From NCBI GenBank assembly GCA_902590915.1, contig CACIYQ010000005.1:569-64568 (forward strand): DNA of 64,000 nt, read 5' to 3'. The translations under genes were made by a program, and so were the position numbers. Source of the DNA: an uncultured Pelagibacteraceae bacterium (GTDB taxonomy: Bacteria > Pseudomonadota > Alphaproteobacteria > Pelagibacterales > Pelagibacteraceae). This document shows positions 23,126 through 33,335 of the stretch, piece by piece. Numbering within the stretch: position 1 is the first letter of the stretch; the number at the start of each line of letters is the position of its first letter. The notes under the pieces were generated by a model. It ran no database searches. It saw only the letters and a program-made list of their open reading frames with translations, and was not told the DNA's origin.

Positions 23126-23817
23126 TCTTTTGAAAAATAAATATTTTGATAAAATGCAACAGATGTTAATTTTGAATTATCTGTATCAGACATTATAGCT
23201 AATCCATCAAGTTCATCAACATTTAAGTCATGAAATTTTTTAAAATCTTCTTTTACATTTGCTTTTACAGTAACCCATTTATTTAAATTTTCTTTTGTTG
23301 TAGATAGCACATTATCTATTGATTTTTTAGTATAAGGACTTGGCCAGTTTTCACCAATCTCATGATTACTTGAAAAAACATAGTTAATAGCCCGGTTTGA
23401 TAAGGGTGTTGCTCCTGTTTTTTTTACAGCAAAAACTCTTGCAGCAAAATCGTGACCTTTTTTAGTTTTTTCGTTAATACCTGATAAATCTTGCTCAATT
23501 TTCCACGTAATATTGATAAATGGGGTTTTGTTTAAATCAATTTTAATTTCTTTTCCTAAACCAGATCCAGCATTTTCTGCAACTGCTTTTAAATAGTTAC
23601 CATTTTCATTAGATCCAGTAGAATAAACAGTTTTATTGTCTGCCCCTCTTACTTTTCTTACTTTCAATTGTGAAAGTTCGGTTTTACTAAACTCAAATAC
23701 TTTTACCGACTCTGCAAAAGAGAATTTAGAAAATATTAGAAGACTGAATAATAAAATTATAAATTTAAACACAACTGTTTTATAATTATTTTTTTCATAA
23801 ATACAATATTCAGTCAC
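23122..23817 (-). CDS. DUF3047-like exported protein (start uncertain)
   Basis: TPFINITWKIE, DFAARVF, AINYVFS and AIMSDTDN motifs. Confidence 0.75.
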   Translation of the reverse strand: MTEYCIYEKNNYKTVVFKFIILLFSLLIFSKFSFAESVKVFEFSKTELSQLKVRKVRGADNKTVYSTGSNENGNYLKAVAENAGSGLGKEIKIDLNKTPFINITWKIEQDLSGINEKTKKGHDFAARVFAVKKTGATPLSNRAINYVFSSNHEIGENWPSPYTKKSIDNVLSTTKENLNKWVTVKANVKEDFKKFHDLNVDELDGLAIMSDTDNSKLTSVAFYQNIYFSKD

Positions 23818-23861
23818 ATTTTAAACACTCTTGTTACAATATTTAATCTTATATCTAATTC

Positions 23862-23978
23862 ATGAGAATAATTTCAATTTTTATACTTCTAATTTATTGG
23901 TCAGTGATAATCCTAGCGCCAGTAATGGGTAAGAATTTAAAAAATACCAGCAATAATTATCAATTATCTAAGCAATAG
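23862..23978 (+). CDS. Small single-TM protein (38 aa, not in ORF track)
   Basis: MRIISIFILLIYWSVIILAPVMGKNLKNTSNNYQLSKQ fills the intergenic gap. Confidence 0.45.
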   Translation: MRIISIFILLIYWSVIILAPVMGKNLKNTSNNYQLSKQ

Positions 23979-23983
23979 ACCTA

Positions 23984-24730
23984 TTAATACGTTGATCTGC
24001 CACCGCTGATATCAAAGACAGCGGCAGTAGAAAAAGTATTTTCAGCTGAAGAAAGCCAACAAATCAGTGATGTAAACTCATGTATTTCGAGAAATCTACC
24101 TCTTGGAACCTTTGAAAGCATTCTTTGAACATGTTCTTTGCTCATTTGATCTAAAATTCTTGTTTTAGCTCCAGCAGGAGTTACAGCATTAACTGCAATA
24201 TTTTTATCCGCCAATTCCTTTCCTAAAGATTTAGTGAGCCCAATAGCACCTGCTTTTCCTGCACTGTAAGCACTAGCATTTGCATTTCCATCTTTTCCTG
24301 CTACTGAGGCAACATTGACTATTCTGCCATAATTATTGCTGATCATACTCGGCACAATTGCTCTGCAACAATTGAAGGTTCCCATTAAGTTAATTTGAAT
24401 AATTTTATTCCACATTTCAACGTCATATTTCCAAAGAGGATCCGTTGGGCCTGTAATTCCTGCATTATTAATTAAAATATCAATTTTATTTTTTGTTGTT
24501 ATTTCATCAACAATTTTTTCAATCTCAGCATAATTTGAAACATCAATTATACAATATTTTAAATTAGGGTTATTTATTTTGTCAGCAACAATTTTGAGAA
24601 GTTTTTCGTCTATATCCCAAATATAAACTTTACATCCAGAGTCTAAAAATCTTTTTGCAATGTCTAAACCAAAGCCTTGGGCTCCACCTGTAATTACAGC
24701 AGTTTGATCTTTAAAATCAAATTTGTGCAT
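23984..24730 (-). CDS. Short-chain dehydrogenase/reductase
   Basis: TGGAQGFG, NNAG and YSAGK motifs. Confidence 0.9.
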   Translation of the reverse strand: MHKFDFKDQTAVITGGAQGFGLDIAKRFLDSGCKVYIWDIDEKLLKIVADKINNPNLKYCIIDVSNYAEIEKIVDEITTKNKIDILINNAGITGPTDPLWKYDVEMWNKIIQINLMGTFNCCRAIVPSMISNNYGRIVNVASVAGKDGNANASAYSAGKAGAIGLTKSLGKELADKNIAVNAVTPAGAKTRILDQMSKEHVQRMLSKVPRGRFLEIHEFTSLICWLSSAENTFSTAAVFDISGGRSTY

Positions 24731-24735
24731 AAAAA

Positions 24736-26193
24736 TTATTTTTTAGCTAATAAATAGTACGTTACCCAGGAAGTAAATGCACCAATAATCCATGCATAAG
24801 ATTGGAGGAACATCAAATTACCATTCCATATTGTCGAGGCTGAAAAAATAAATCCTAAAATTATTGAATAAGTCCCTTTAATATGCCATCCACGTGAGTA
24901 ATAATAAATACTTTGAGTTTCTACCGAGTAAAGATCTTTATTACTCAAAGTTTGATTTTTTATCAAATAGTAGTCAGCAATTATAACTCCAAATAAAGGT
25001 CCAAAAAAACAACTGAATGTATCTATAAAGGATAAAACACCAATTTGACTTAAAACTGTTAGCCAAAATATCCCAACGATTAATCCTAGTATAGAAATGG
25101 TATAACTTGAACTTTTTAAATTTAACTTATTTGGAAGAAAATTAATAAGCGAATATTGAGAAGGAATATAATTTGCCACTAAATTTGTCGATGCTGAGGC
25201 AATTATTATAAAGAAGAGAACAACTATTGTAATTTGTAGATTATTAAATTTACCAATTATATCCGTTGGATTTGTAAAAATCCTATCCATATCTTGAAAT
25301 TTTTGATTTAAAAAAACATCTGAACCAACAACAATTGCAATAGAAAAGAACGAAAAAATAATTAAGTTCAGAATTAAGCTTAAGTTTCCTTTATTTAAGT
25401 CTTCTTTATTTTTCACATATCTTGAAAAATCTCCAAAACTTACAATGATAATTGAAAAGTAGGCAAAAATTGTGCCTGCAACTGTTAATAGTGGTAAAAT
25501 ATTATTTTTGTTTAACAGGTTTTCAAAATTTAGAATATTTGAAAATGCTTGAGTAGTAGTTTTAACGTCACTAAGAAAAACTGTTAGGAAGAATATTACC
25601 ATTCCCACATATACTATTATTGCTGAATAATTGATTAGTTTTTTATTATATTGAATACCAATACTAAAAAGCATTGTTTGAAAAATTATCACTACTATAA
25701 TTGAGAACCAATCAATTAAATTTAATCCAAGTAAAAAAGTTAAGAAAATTTCTTGATCAAGTAAAGTATTATCTATTGAAAAGAATAATATTCTAATGAG
25801 GTAAACTACTAATTTTGATAAAAAATATGTTTGAATACCAAAAAGAAAAATTCCAACTAAACTTCTTAATAATCCAAAAAACTTTGCACCATTGAAACCT
25901 AAAGAGGATCTTAAAAGTACCGCAAAAGGCAAGCCAAATTTTTGAGAAGGTCTACCTATCAAATTCGAAAAAATATAAACTAAAAAAGATCCTAAAATTG
26001 TTCCAAAAAATACAACGAAGGTATTAAGACTATATAATATATATAAAGAAGCGATCAGAGAGAAACCGATCACACTTTGTATGTTTACCGCCCAAAAGCA
26101 AAAAAGATCTTTCCAATTCCAAGTTTTATAATTTGGATTTACTGTAACTAGATCCCAATTAGAGAGAGAATATTTAACTTTTGGTTGATTCAC
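24736..26193 (-). CDS. NCS1-family (cytosine/purine/allantoin) permease
   Basis: About 12 TM; FGLPFAVLLRSSLG, DFSRY and IADYYL motifs. Confidence 0.8.
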   Translation of the reverse strand: MNQPKVKYSLSNWDLVTVNPNYKTWNWKDLFCFWAVNIQSVIGFSLIASLYILYSLNTFVVFFGTILGSFLVYIFSNLIGRPSQKFGLPFAVLLRSSLGFNGAKFFGLLRSLVGIFLFGIQTYFLSKLVVYLIRILFFSIDNTLLDQEIFLTFLLGLNLIDWFSIIVVIIFQTMLFSIGIQYNKKLINYSAIIVYVGMVIFFLTVFLSDVKTTTQAFSNILNFENLLNKNNILPLLTVAGTIFAYFSIIIVSFGDFSRYVKNKEDLNKGNLSLILNLIIFSFFSIAIVVGSDVFLNQKFQDMDRIFTNPTDIIGKFNNLQITIVVLFFIIIASASTNLVANYIPSQYSLINFLPNKLNLKSSSYTISILGLIVGIFWLTVLSQIGVLSFIDTFSCFFGPLFGVIIADYYLIKNQTLSNKDLYSVETQSIYYYSRGWHIKGTYSIILGFIFSASTIWNGNLMFLQSYAWIIGAFTSWVTYYLLAKK

Positions 26194-26218
26194 TAAATTT
26201 ATCTTAAACTAATAAATT

Positions 26219-27553
26219 CTACTGTCCATATAAGAGAGTTGGTAACCAGAGAGCAATTTGAGGAAAAATAATAATTAAAACTAAACCTATTACTTGAAGA
26301 ACCATAAATTGCATCATGCCATAGTAAATATCTTTTAAATCCCATTCAGGGACTACGCCTTTAAGAAAATAAGCCGACAGAGCTACAGGCGGGGATAGCC
26401 AGGCAGTTTGTAAATTAACAGCAACCAAAATTGCAAACCAAGTTAAATTAAACCCTAAAGCCTCAACTAAAGGTAATATAATCGGCACTATAATCATCAC
26501 AATTGGCACCCATTCCAATGGCCATCCTAGCAAAAAAATCATAACCATTATCATCGCTAAGATTAGATACTTGTTCATTTCTAGACCTAATAAAAACTCT
26601 GTTAATAGTGTAGGAGTGCCTAATCTTGCAAACACTGCTCCAAAAAAGTTTGATGCAGCAACTAAAACCATTATCAATGCTGTAATTTCAAGAGTTTTAA
26701 CTAAAGCATCTTGTAATTTTGGTAGAGTTAGCTTCCTATAAGCTATTGAGAGAAGCAAAGCACCCATTGCACCACAACCTGCCGCTTCTGTGGGCGTAGC
26801 AAATCCAAATAAAATACTTCCTAAAGCTGCAAAAACTAAAGCTGCAGGCGGAACTAATCCTAAGAAAAATTCAACCCAAACTTCTTTCATACTTGCAGCA
26901 CGCATTTCCTCTGGAAGAACAGGACCTAATTTTGGATTAATCATACATCTAATTGTAGTGTAACCAGCATATAAACTTGCAAGAAGAATTCCCGGAATTA
27001 TAGCTGCAGCAAATAAATCAATTACTGGAATTTCCATGATGGGTCCCATCACAACAAGCATAATACTTGGAGGTATTAATATCCCTAAAGTCCCTCCAGC
27101 AGTTATAGTACCTGCTGCTAATCTTACATCATACCCTGATCTATTCATTGACTTGGCGGCCATAATTCCCAAAATTGTTACTGAAGCACCAACAATACCT
27201 GTTGCAGCAGCAAAAATTACAGAAACAAATAACACTGCATAATATAAAGATCCTTTTACTTTAGCTAACATCATCTGAAATGAGGAAAATAACCTCTCCA
27301 TCAAACCAGCCTGCTCCATCATTATCCCCATAAAGACAAAGAGTGGGACGGCGGCGAGTGTTTGTTCGGTCATGACCATCGAAAATTGGAGAGTCATTAG
27401 ATAAAATACTAATTTACCAAAACCCAGGTAACCAAAAACAAAACCTAAAAATATTAATGTAAAAGAAATAGGAAAACCAACAAAGATAGCAAAAAGCATT
27501 ACACCTACAAGAATGAAGCCTAAAATAGCTGGATCTATAAATTCAGCTATCAT
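26219..27553 (-). CDS. dctM: TRAP transporter large permease (start at ATG 27553)
   Basis: AVPLFVFMG, GTLGILIPPS and ATPTEAA motifs. Confidence 0.93.
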   Translation of the reverse strand: MIAEFIDPAILGFILVGVMLFAIFVGFPISFTLIFLGFVFGYLGFGKLVFYLMTLQFSMVMTEQTLAAVPLFVFMGIMMEQAGLMERLFSSFQMMLAKVKGSLYYAVLFVSVIFAAATGIVGASVTILGIMAAKSMNRSGYDVRLAAGTITAGGTLGILIPPSIMLVVMGPIMEIPVIDLFAAAIIPGILLASLYAGYTTIRCMINPKLGPVLPEEMRAASMKEVWVEFFLGLVPPAALVFAALGSILFGFATPTEAAGCGAMGALLLSIAYRKLTLPKLQDALVKTLEITALIMVLVAASNFFGAVFARLGTPTLLTEFLLGLEMNKYLILAMIMVMIFLLGWPLEWVPIVMIIVPIILPLVEALGFNLTWFAILVAVNLQTAWLSPPVALSAYFLKGVVPEWDLKDIYYGMMQFMVLQVIGLVLIIIFPQIALWLPTLLYGQ

Positions 27554-28164
27554 TTTTCTTCTCCAGGCCATTCACCTTTAGTGGCAGCCCAATAACTTTT
27601 AAATAACTCTGAAATTCCTTGAATTAATAAAAAAATAATTCCAATTAATAAACAGGATTTGATAGGCCACATGTACGGCATCCATGTAGTATCCATACCT
27701 TTCTCACCTCTTTGAATAGACTCTCCAACAAATCCAATTGTCATATAAAGAAAAACTAATAAACCTGGAAAATAAAATAAAAGATATAACCAAAAATCTA
27801 TCTTACCTTGATTTTTAGTTTTAAAATTTCTGTATAAAAAGTCGGCTCTTATATGTACACCTTTAGAAAGGGCATATGCAGCACCTAGCATAAATAATGC
27901 TCCATACAAAAAACGACTTATGTCATAAGCCCAAATTGTTGGAGCTAAAAATAATTTTCTAGCAAAAACTTCATAAGTCATCGCAAAAATTAACGGCATT
28001 AAAATCCAGCAAACAACATTGCCAACCCATTTACTAAATTTATCAATGTTAACTATAGAGCTTGCCATCCATGATGGCATATCTTCTGGCATTTTACCTG
28101 AACCACCTCGCCTTTCGGCAATCATTTCATCAGATATATCTAATTTAGTTGGTTCGTCTGCCAT
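27550..28164 (-). CDS. dctQ: TRAP transporter small permease (start at ATG 28164)
   Basis: Four TM; HIRADF motif; between dctP and dctM. Confidence 0.9.
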   Translation of the reverse strand: MADEPTKLDISDEMIAERRGGSGKMPEDMPSWMASSIVNIDKFSKWVGNVVCWILMPLIFAMTYEVFARKLFLAPTIWAYDISRFLYGALFMLGAAYALSKGVHIRADFLYRNFKTKNQGKIDFWLYLLFYFPGLLVFLYMTIGFVGESIQRGEKGMDTTWMPYMWPIKSCLLIGIIFLLIQGISELFKSYWAATKGEWPGEEK

Positions 28165-28172
28165 ATAAATTC

Positions 28173-28212
28173 TATTAAAAAAAATTAGAGCGGACAATTA
28201 AGTCCGCTCTAA
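28173..28212 (-). terminator. Intrinsic terminator or stability hairpin between dctP and dctQ
   Basis: TTAGAGCGGAC-N6-GTCCGCTCTAA perfect 11-bp stem followed by a T-run on the minus strand. Confidence 0.8.
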
Positions 28213-28240
28213 AATTATATAATTTATGATTAATTACTGA

Positions 28241-29335
28241 TTACTTTAATGTTGCTGCGTGAGCCATTCCTAGCTTCGCATTAGACATTTGAGCACCACT
28301 CCAGAATGGAACAGCAATATCAGCAAAGTTTTTCATTGAAGTATAAACTTCATTGAAAAATTTATTTTCTGCAGCATTTTTATTCAAAGATGCTTTTGCA
28401 GCAGCCATATATTCTGTGAAATAATCAGAAGGTGTATCTTCCAAAATTACTCCGTGTTGAGTAGTTAACTCTCTTAAAGCTTTACCGTTTTCATAGATTC
28501 TGTAACTTAAAGATTTTGCTAATGACGCATTAGCAGCTACTTCAAGAGACTTCTTCTCATGATCAGACATTGCATTGTAAGTTTTTCCAGTAATATAGAA
28601 GTCAGCATTTACGACTACTTGGTGTAAACCTTGTAAGTAGTAGTGCTTTAATACTTTTTGGAAACCAAAAGTTAAGTCTGGTTTTGGACAACACCATTCA
28701 GCAGCATCAATTGTGCCTGCTTCTAAAGCTGGTAGAATGTCTCCACCACCCATAGCTACAGATGCGATACCGATGTCTTTGTAAGTTTGTCCTGGAATTC
28801 CTGGAGGAGTTCTGAATTTATATTTTCTAAAGTCAGCCATGTCTTTAATTGGTTTTGGAAACCAACCTAAAGCTTCTGGTCCAACTGGTTGAATCATAAA
28901 TCCTTTAATGTCTCTTCCCATTTCTTTCCATAATTGGTCATATAGTTCTTTACCACCACCGTATTGGAACCAAGATAAGAATGCGATATTATCAATACCT
29001 ACTCCACCACCAGCTACTGGCGAACCAAATAACATAGCTGCAGGGTGATCTCCTGACCAATAGTGAGTCCATGCGAAACCACAATCGATTAGACCTTTAT
29101 CAACTGCATCTAAAGTTTCTTTTACACCAACAACAGCTCCTGCAGGTAAAATTTCAAACTTTAGAGATCCAGCTGTTAACGTTGTAACAGTGTCAGTAAA
29201 ATCCTTTAACATCTTAACTTCATCAGCTTTAGTGTTAAGAACTGTCTGACATTTTAGTGTTTTTGCAGCATTAGCATTTGAAATAAATCCAAATACAATT
29301 GCAACTGCAAATAACATTGAAATGATTTTTTTCAT
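28241..29335 (-). CDS. dctP: TRAP transporter substrate-binding protein (start at ATG 29335)
   Basis: Signal peptide MKKIISMLFAVAIVFGFISNANA; KFRTP and GTIDAAEW motifs; SD-like AAGAGAGGGA. Confidence 0.92.
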   Translation of the reverse strand: MKKIISMLFAVAIVFGFISNANAAKTLKCQTVLNTKADEVKMLKDFTDTVTTLTAGSLKFEILPAGAVVGVKETLDAVDKGLIDCGFAWTHYWSGDHPAAMLFGSPVAGGGVGIDNIAFLSWFQYGGGKELYDQLWKEMGRDIKGFMIQPVGPEALGWFPKPIKDMADFRKYKFRTPPGIPGQTYKDIGIASVAMGGGDILPALEAGTIDAAEWCCPKPDLTFGFQKVLKHYYLQGLHQVVVNADFYITGKTYNAMSDHEKKSLEVAANASLAKSLSYRIYENGKALRELTTQHGVILEDTPSDYFTEYMAAAKASLNKNAAENKFFNEVYTSMKNFADIAVPFWSGAQMSNAKLGMAHAATLK

Positions 29336-29475
29336 TTTTTTCCCTCTCTTTATTTTTAAAAAAATTAGCTTCTCAAATATTGAAATCCAAAACAAGTGCT
29401 AATATTGATATTTACAATTTTTTTGCACAGATTTATTACAAAAAAAAAATTTTTCACTTATAAAGGTTCTAAAAT

Positions 29476-31071
29476 ATGTATAATTTTGATTTTATAATTC
29501 TTGGAGCTGGGTCAGCTGGCTGTGTACTTGCTAATAGATTGTCAGAAAACCCTAATCATAAAGTTTTACTTTTGGAGGCTGGTGGAAAAGATAATTATCC
29601 CTGGATACATATACCTGTGGGCTATTTTAAAACTATGCACAACCCAAAAACTGACTGGTGTTATAAAACTGAGCCTGATGAAAGTATGAACAACATTTCA
29701 ATTAGATATCCTAGGGGTAAAACTTTAGGGGGAAGTTCATCAATTAATGGATTATTATATATAAGAGGTCAAAATAGAGACTATGATGTTTGGAGACAAT
29801 TAGGAAATACTGGTTGGGGATGGGATGATGTATTACCTTATTTTATAAAAGCTGAAGATCAAGAGAGAGGTAAAAATGAATTTCATGGTGTAAATGGACC
29901 ACTAGCAGTTTCTGATCAAAGAATTCATCTCCCACTTTTAGATGAGTTTCAAAATGCAGCTGAAGAGTTTGGAATACCTAAAACAAAAGATTTTAACACA
30001 GGGGATAATCATGGGTGTGGATATTTTCAAGTTACAGAGAAAGATGGTTTTAGATGTAGCACATCTGTAGGATATTTAAATCCAATTAAAAATAGAAAAA
30101 ATTTAGAAATTATTACTCACGCACACGTAAAAAAAATAATCTTTGAAAACAAAATAGCTAAAGGAGTTGAATTTTGGCAAGGAGATGCATTAAAAAAAGT
30201 AGAAACTAACAGAGAAATAATATTATCCTCAGGTGCCATTGGCTCGCCACAAATCTTACAGGTATCAGGAATTGGAAGTTCTGAAAAATTAAAAAACCTT
30301 GGAATAGAAATGGTACACAATTTAGATGGAGTTGGTGAAAATTTACATGATCATCTTATGTTAAGACCTATTTATAAAATAAATGGTCTAAAATCTTTAA
30401 ACAAAAAAATAAATAGTCTATTCGGAAATTTAATGATTGGATTGGAATATATTTTTAGGAGAACTGGTCCTATGACTATGGGAGCTAGTCAACTTTGCAT
30501 GTTTGCCAAAAGTGACTCTTCACTAGAATTACCAGATTTGCAATGGCATGTTCAGCCAATGAGTATGGATACATTGGGTGCAACCAAAAATCACGACTTC
30601 CATGCTTTTACACCAACAGTGTCCAACATAAAACCTACTAGCAGAGGTCATGTAAGTATAGTCGACAAAGACTCTAGAACTTACGCTAAAATAAAACAAA
30701 ACTATCTATCTACTGATAATGATAGAATGATTGCAGCTAAAGGTCTGAAATTAACAAGAAAAATAATAATGGAGTCTGAAACTTTTAAAAAGTATTCACC
30801 TGAAGAATATAGACCTGGAATAAACATTAATGATGATGAAGAGTTAGTGAAAGAGGCTTCAAATTACGCTCAAACTATTTTTCATCCAGTTGGTACTTGT
30901 AAAATGGGTCAGGATCAAATGTCAGTGGTTGACGAAAAACTAAAGGTCAGAGGAGTAAATAATCTTAGAGTGATTGATGCATCCATAATGCCAAATATTA
31001 CATCAGGCAATACTAATGCTCCTACAATAATGATTGCAGAAAAAGGTGCAGACATGATACTTAATCATTAA
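29476..31071 (+). CDS. GMC-family flavoprotein oxidoreductase (BetA/IseJ-like)
   Basis: GAGSAG, GKTLGGSSSINGL, HPVGTCKMG and GNTNAPTIMIAEK motifs. Confidence 0.9.
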   Translation: MYNFDFIILGAGSAGCVLANRLSENPNHKVLLLEAGGKDNYPWIHIPVGYFKTMHNPKTDWCYKTEPDESMNNISIRYPRGKTLGGSSSINGLLYIRGQNRDYDVWRQLGNTGWGWDDVLPYFIKAEDQERGKNEFHGVNGPLAVSDQRIHLPLLDEFQNAAEEFGIPKTKDFNTGDNHGCGYFQVTEKDGFRCSTSVGYLNPIKNRKNLEIITHAHVKKIIFENKIAKGVEFWQGDALKKVETNREIILSSGAIGSPQILQVSGIGSSEKLKNLGIEMVHNLDGVGENLHDHLMLRPIYKINGLKSLNKKINSLFGNLMIGLEYIFRRTGPMTMGASQLCMFAKSDSSLELPDLQWHVQPMSMDTLGATKNHDFHAFTPTVSNIKPTSRGHVSIVDKDSRTYAKIKQNYLSTDNDRMIAAKGLKLTRKIIMESETFKKYSPEEYRPGININDDEELVKEASNYAQTIFHPVGTCKMGQDQMSVVDEKLKVRGVNNLRVIDASIMPNITSGNTNAPTIMIAEKGADMILNH

Positions 31072-31664
31072 TGTTTTCTGAATTATTTGCTACTGAACAA
31101 ATAGCAATTTTAACACAAATAATATTTATTGATCTAGTTTTGGCTGGAGATAACGCAATTATCATTGGTATGGTTGCATCCAAATTTCCACCTGAACAAA
31201 GAAAAAAAGTTATTTTTTGGGGTATAGGGGGTGCAGTAATACTTAGAATAATATTAACACTTCTTACTGCTTATCTTTTACAGATTACAGGGTTAAGACT
31301 TATTGGAGGACTTTTATTACTTTATATTGTTTACAAACTTTACGTAGATGTAATTAAAGGATCTGAAAAAGAGGAAGATATTAAAGTAGATAACTCTAGT
31401 TTCTTAAAAGCAATTTGGACTGTTCTTTTAGCTGATTTCACAATGAGTTTAGATAATGTTTTGGGTGTTGCTGGTGCTGCTGGTGAACATTATGGACTTC
31501 TTGTATTTGGTTTAGTTTTATCAATTATATTGATGGCTACAGCTGCCACACTTATATCTGGATGGATTAAAAAATACAGATGGATAGCTTGGCTTGGATT
31601 ATTGGCAATTTTGGTTGTTGCAGTTGAGTTGATTTACACAGATATTAAAATATTATTATTATAA
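31071..31664 (+). CDS. TerC/YjbE-family membrane protein
   Basis: DLVLAGDNA and ADFTMSLDNVL motifs. Confidence 0.88.
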   Translation: MFSELFATEQIAILTQIIFIDLVLAGDNAIIIGMVASKFPPEQRKKVIFWGIGGAVILRIILTLLTAYLLQITGLRLIGGLLLLYIVYKLYVDVIKGSEKEEDIKVDNSSFLKAIWTVLLADFTMSLDNVLGVAGAAGEHYGLLVFGLVLSIILMATAATLISGWIKKYRWIAWLGLLAILVVAVELIYTDIKILLL

Positions 31665-32422
31665 TGTATCTTCAGAAAATAAATCTCAAAAAAAAATATG
31701 CTTTAGTAACTGGTGCTGGAAAAGGACTTGGAAGAGCTTGTTCTATTGCACTAGCGGAAGCAGGTGCAACAGTTATAGCATTGAGTAGAACTCAATCTGA
31801 CTTAAACAAATTAGAAAAAGATATTAAAAAAGTTAAAGGCAAAGTCATTAAAATTGAGTGTGATGTGATGAACTATCAGGATTTGAGAGAAAAATTAAAT
31901 AAAATTAAAATTATTGATATTTTAGTTAATAATGCTGGCACAAATATTCCAGAACCTTTTGAAAATATCAAGCAATCAAGCATGAACTATTTAGTGGATT
32001 TAAACCTTAAAGCTGCATTTAATGTTGCTCAATTGGTTGTAAAAAAAATGATTAAAAATAAAAAAAGGTCTGGTTCAATAATAAATATGTCTTCACAGCT
32101 TGGCCATGTGGGTATGATTGGAAGAAATGTTTATAATATGACTAAATTTGGAATAGAAGGTCTAACTAAAGGAATGGGTGTAGAGCTAGCAAAAAAAAAT
32201 ATCAGAGTTAACTCGGTTGCACCAACATTTGTTGAAACGCCAATGGTAAAAAGATTTTTTAAAAATAATAAATTTAAAAAATTGGTTTTAGAAAAAATTC
32301 CAGTGGGAAAAGTTGCAACAGAAAGTGATGTTGCGACTACAGTTTGTTTTTTAGCTTCTTCAGCATCTTCAATGATAACTGGAACTTCAATAATAATAGA
32401 TGGTGGATGGACAGCACAATAA
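31664..32422 (+). CDS. SDR oxidoreductase, HpsO-like (candidate DHPS dehydrogenase)
   Basis: NNAGTN, SSQLGHVG, YNMTK, PTFVETP and DGGWTA resemble the HpsO subfamily as recalled; sulfonate gene context. Confidence 0.7.
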   Translation: MYLQKINLKKKYALVTGAGKGLGRACSIALAEAGATVIALSRTQSDLNKLEKDIKKVKGKVIKIECDVMNYQDLREKLNKIKIIDILVNNAGTNIPEPFENIKQSSMNYLVDLNLKAAFNVAQLVVKKMIKNKKRSGSIINMSSQLGHVGMIGRNVYNMTKFGIEGLTKGMGVELAKKNIRVNSVAPTFVETPMVKRFFKNNKFKKLVLEKIPVGKVATESDVATTVCFLASSASSMITGTSIIIDGGWTAQ

Positions 32423-33207
32423 TTTATAGAATTGTTCTAATTTTATTACTTTTATTATCCCCTTCGTATGCAATTGAGTTTAAAGGAAAATTTTTACAGG
32501 GTCATTTTATACTTGGCATCACAGACCCAAATGCGAATATTTTAATTGGAAAAAAAAAAATAAAAGTTTCAAAAGATGGGGATTTTGTTTTTGGAATTGA
32601 TAGAGATCAAAAATATGATCTTACTTTTACTAAAATCCTAAATGGGGAAAAAATAATAATTACCAAAAAAGTTCTTAAAAGAAAATATAACATTCAAAGA
32701 ATTGATGGGCTTGAAGAAAGTAAGGTTACTCCACCAGAGTCAGTTTACAAAAGAATTAAAAAAGAAAATAATGCAATAGGTGAAGCAAGAGCAATAAATT
32801 CAAATCTGCAATTTTTTAAAGAAAAATTTATAATGCCAGTTGAAGGAATTATAAGTGGTGTTTATGGCAGTCAACGAATTTTAAATGGTAAACCACGATG
32901 GCCACATTATGGTATTGATATTGCTGCCAAACAAGGAACGATGATTAAATCCTCTGGATCTGGAACTGTAACTATGGCAGAAGATGATTTATATTACACG
33001 GGAGGAACTGTTATAATGGACCACGGCCACGGAATTTCTACTATATATTCACACCTTGAAAATGTTTTAGTCTCTGTAGGTGATAAAATTAATCAAGGAG
33101 ATATAATTGGAACAGTTGGTTCAACTGGAAGATCAACCGGTCCACATCTAGATTTTAGAGTTAATTGGTTTCAAACTAGATTAGATCCAATGTCAGTAAT
33201 AAATTAA
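32407..33207 (+). CDS. M23-family metallopeptidase (likely start ATG 32407)
   Basis: HYGIDIAA, YSHL and GRSTGPHLDF motifs. Confidence 0.88.
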   Translation: MDSTIIYRIVLILLLLLSPSYAIEFKGKFLQGHFILGITDPNANILIGKKKIKVSKDGDFVFGIDRDQKYDLTFTKILNGEKIIITKKVLKRKYNIQRIDGLEESKVTPPESVYKRIKKENNAIGEARAINSNLQFFKEKFIMPVEGIISGVYGSQRILNGKPRWPHYGIDIAAKQGTMIKSSGSGTVTMAEDDLYYTGGTVIMDHGHGISTIYSHLENVLVSVGDKINQGDIIGTVGSTGRSTGPHLDFRVNWFQTRLDPMSVIN

Positions 33208-33210
33208 ATT

Positions 33211-33330
33211 ATGCAAACGTTAATACTTATAGCTTTAGTTGTTGTTGTAGCTTGGGTTTTATTTCGCCCAATCACCAAAAAAGAACTTGCTAGATACAAT
33301 AATAAAGACTGGCCTGATATGAATATTTAA
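33211..33330 (+). CDS. Small single-TM protein (39 aa, not in ORF track)
   Basis: MQTLILIALVVVVAWVLFRPITKKELARYNNKDWPDMNI; starts 3 bp after the M23 stop. Confidence 0.55.
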   Translation: MQTLILIALVVVVAWVLFRPITKKELARYNNKDWPDMNI

Positions 33331-33335
33331 TGATC

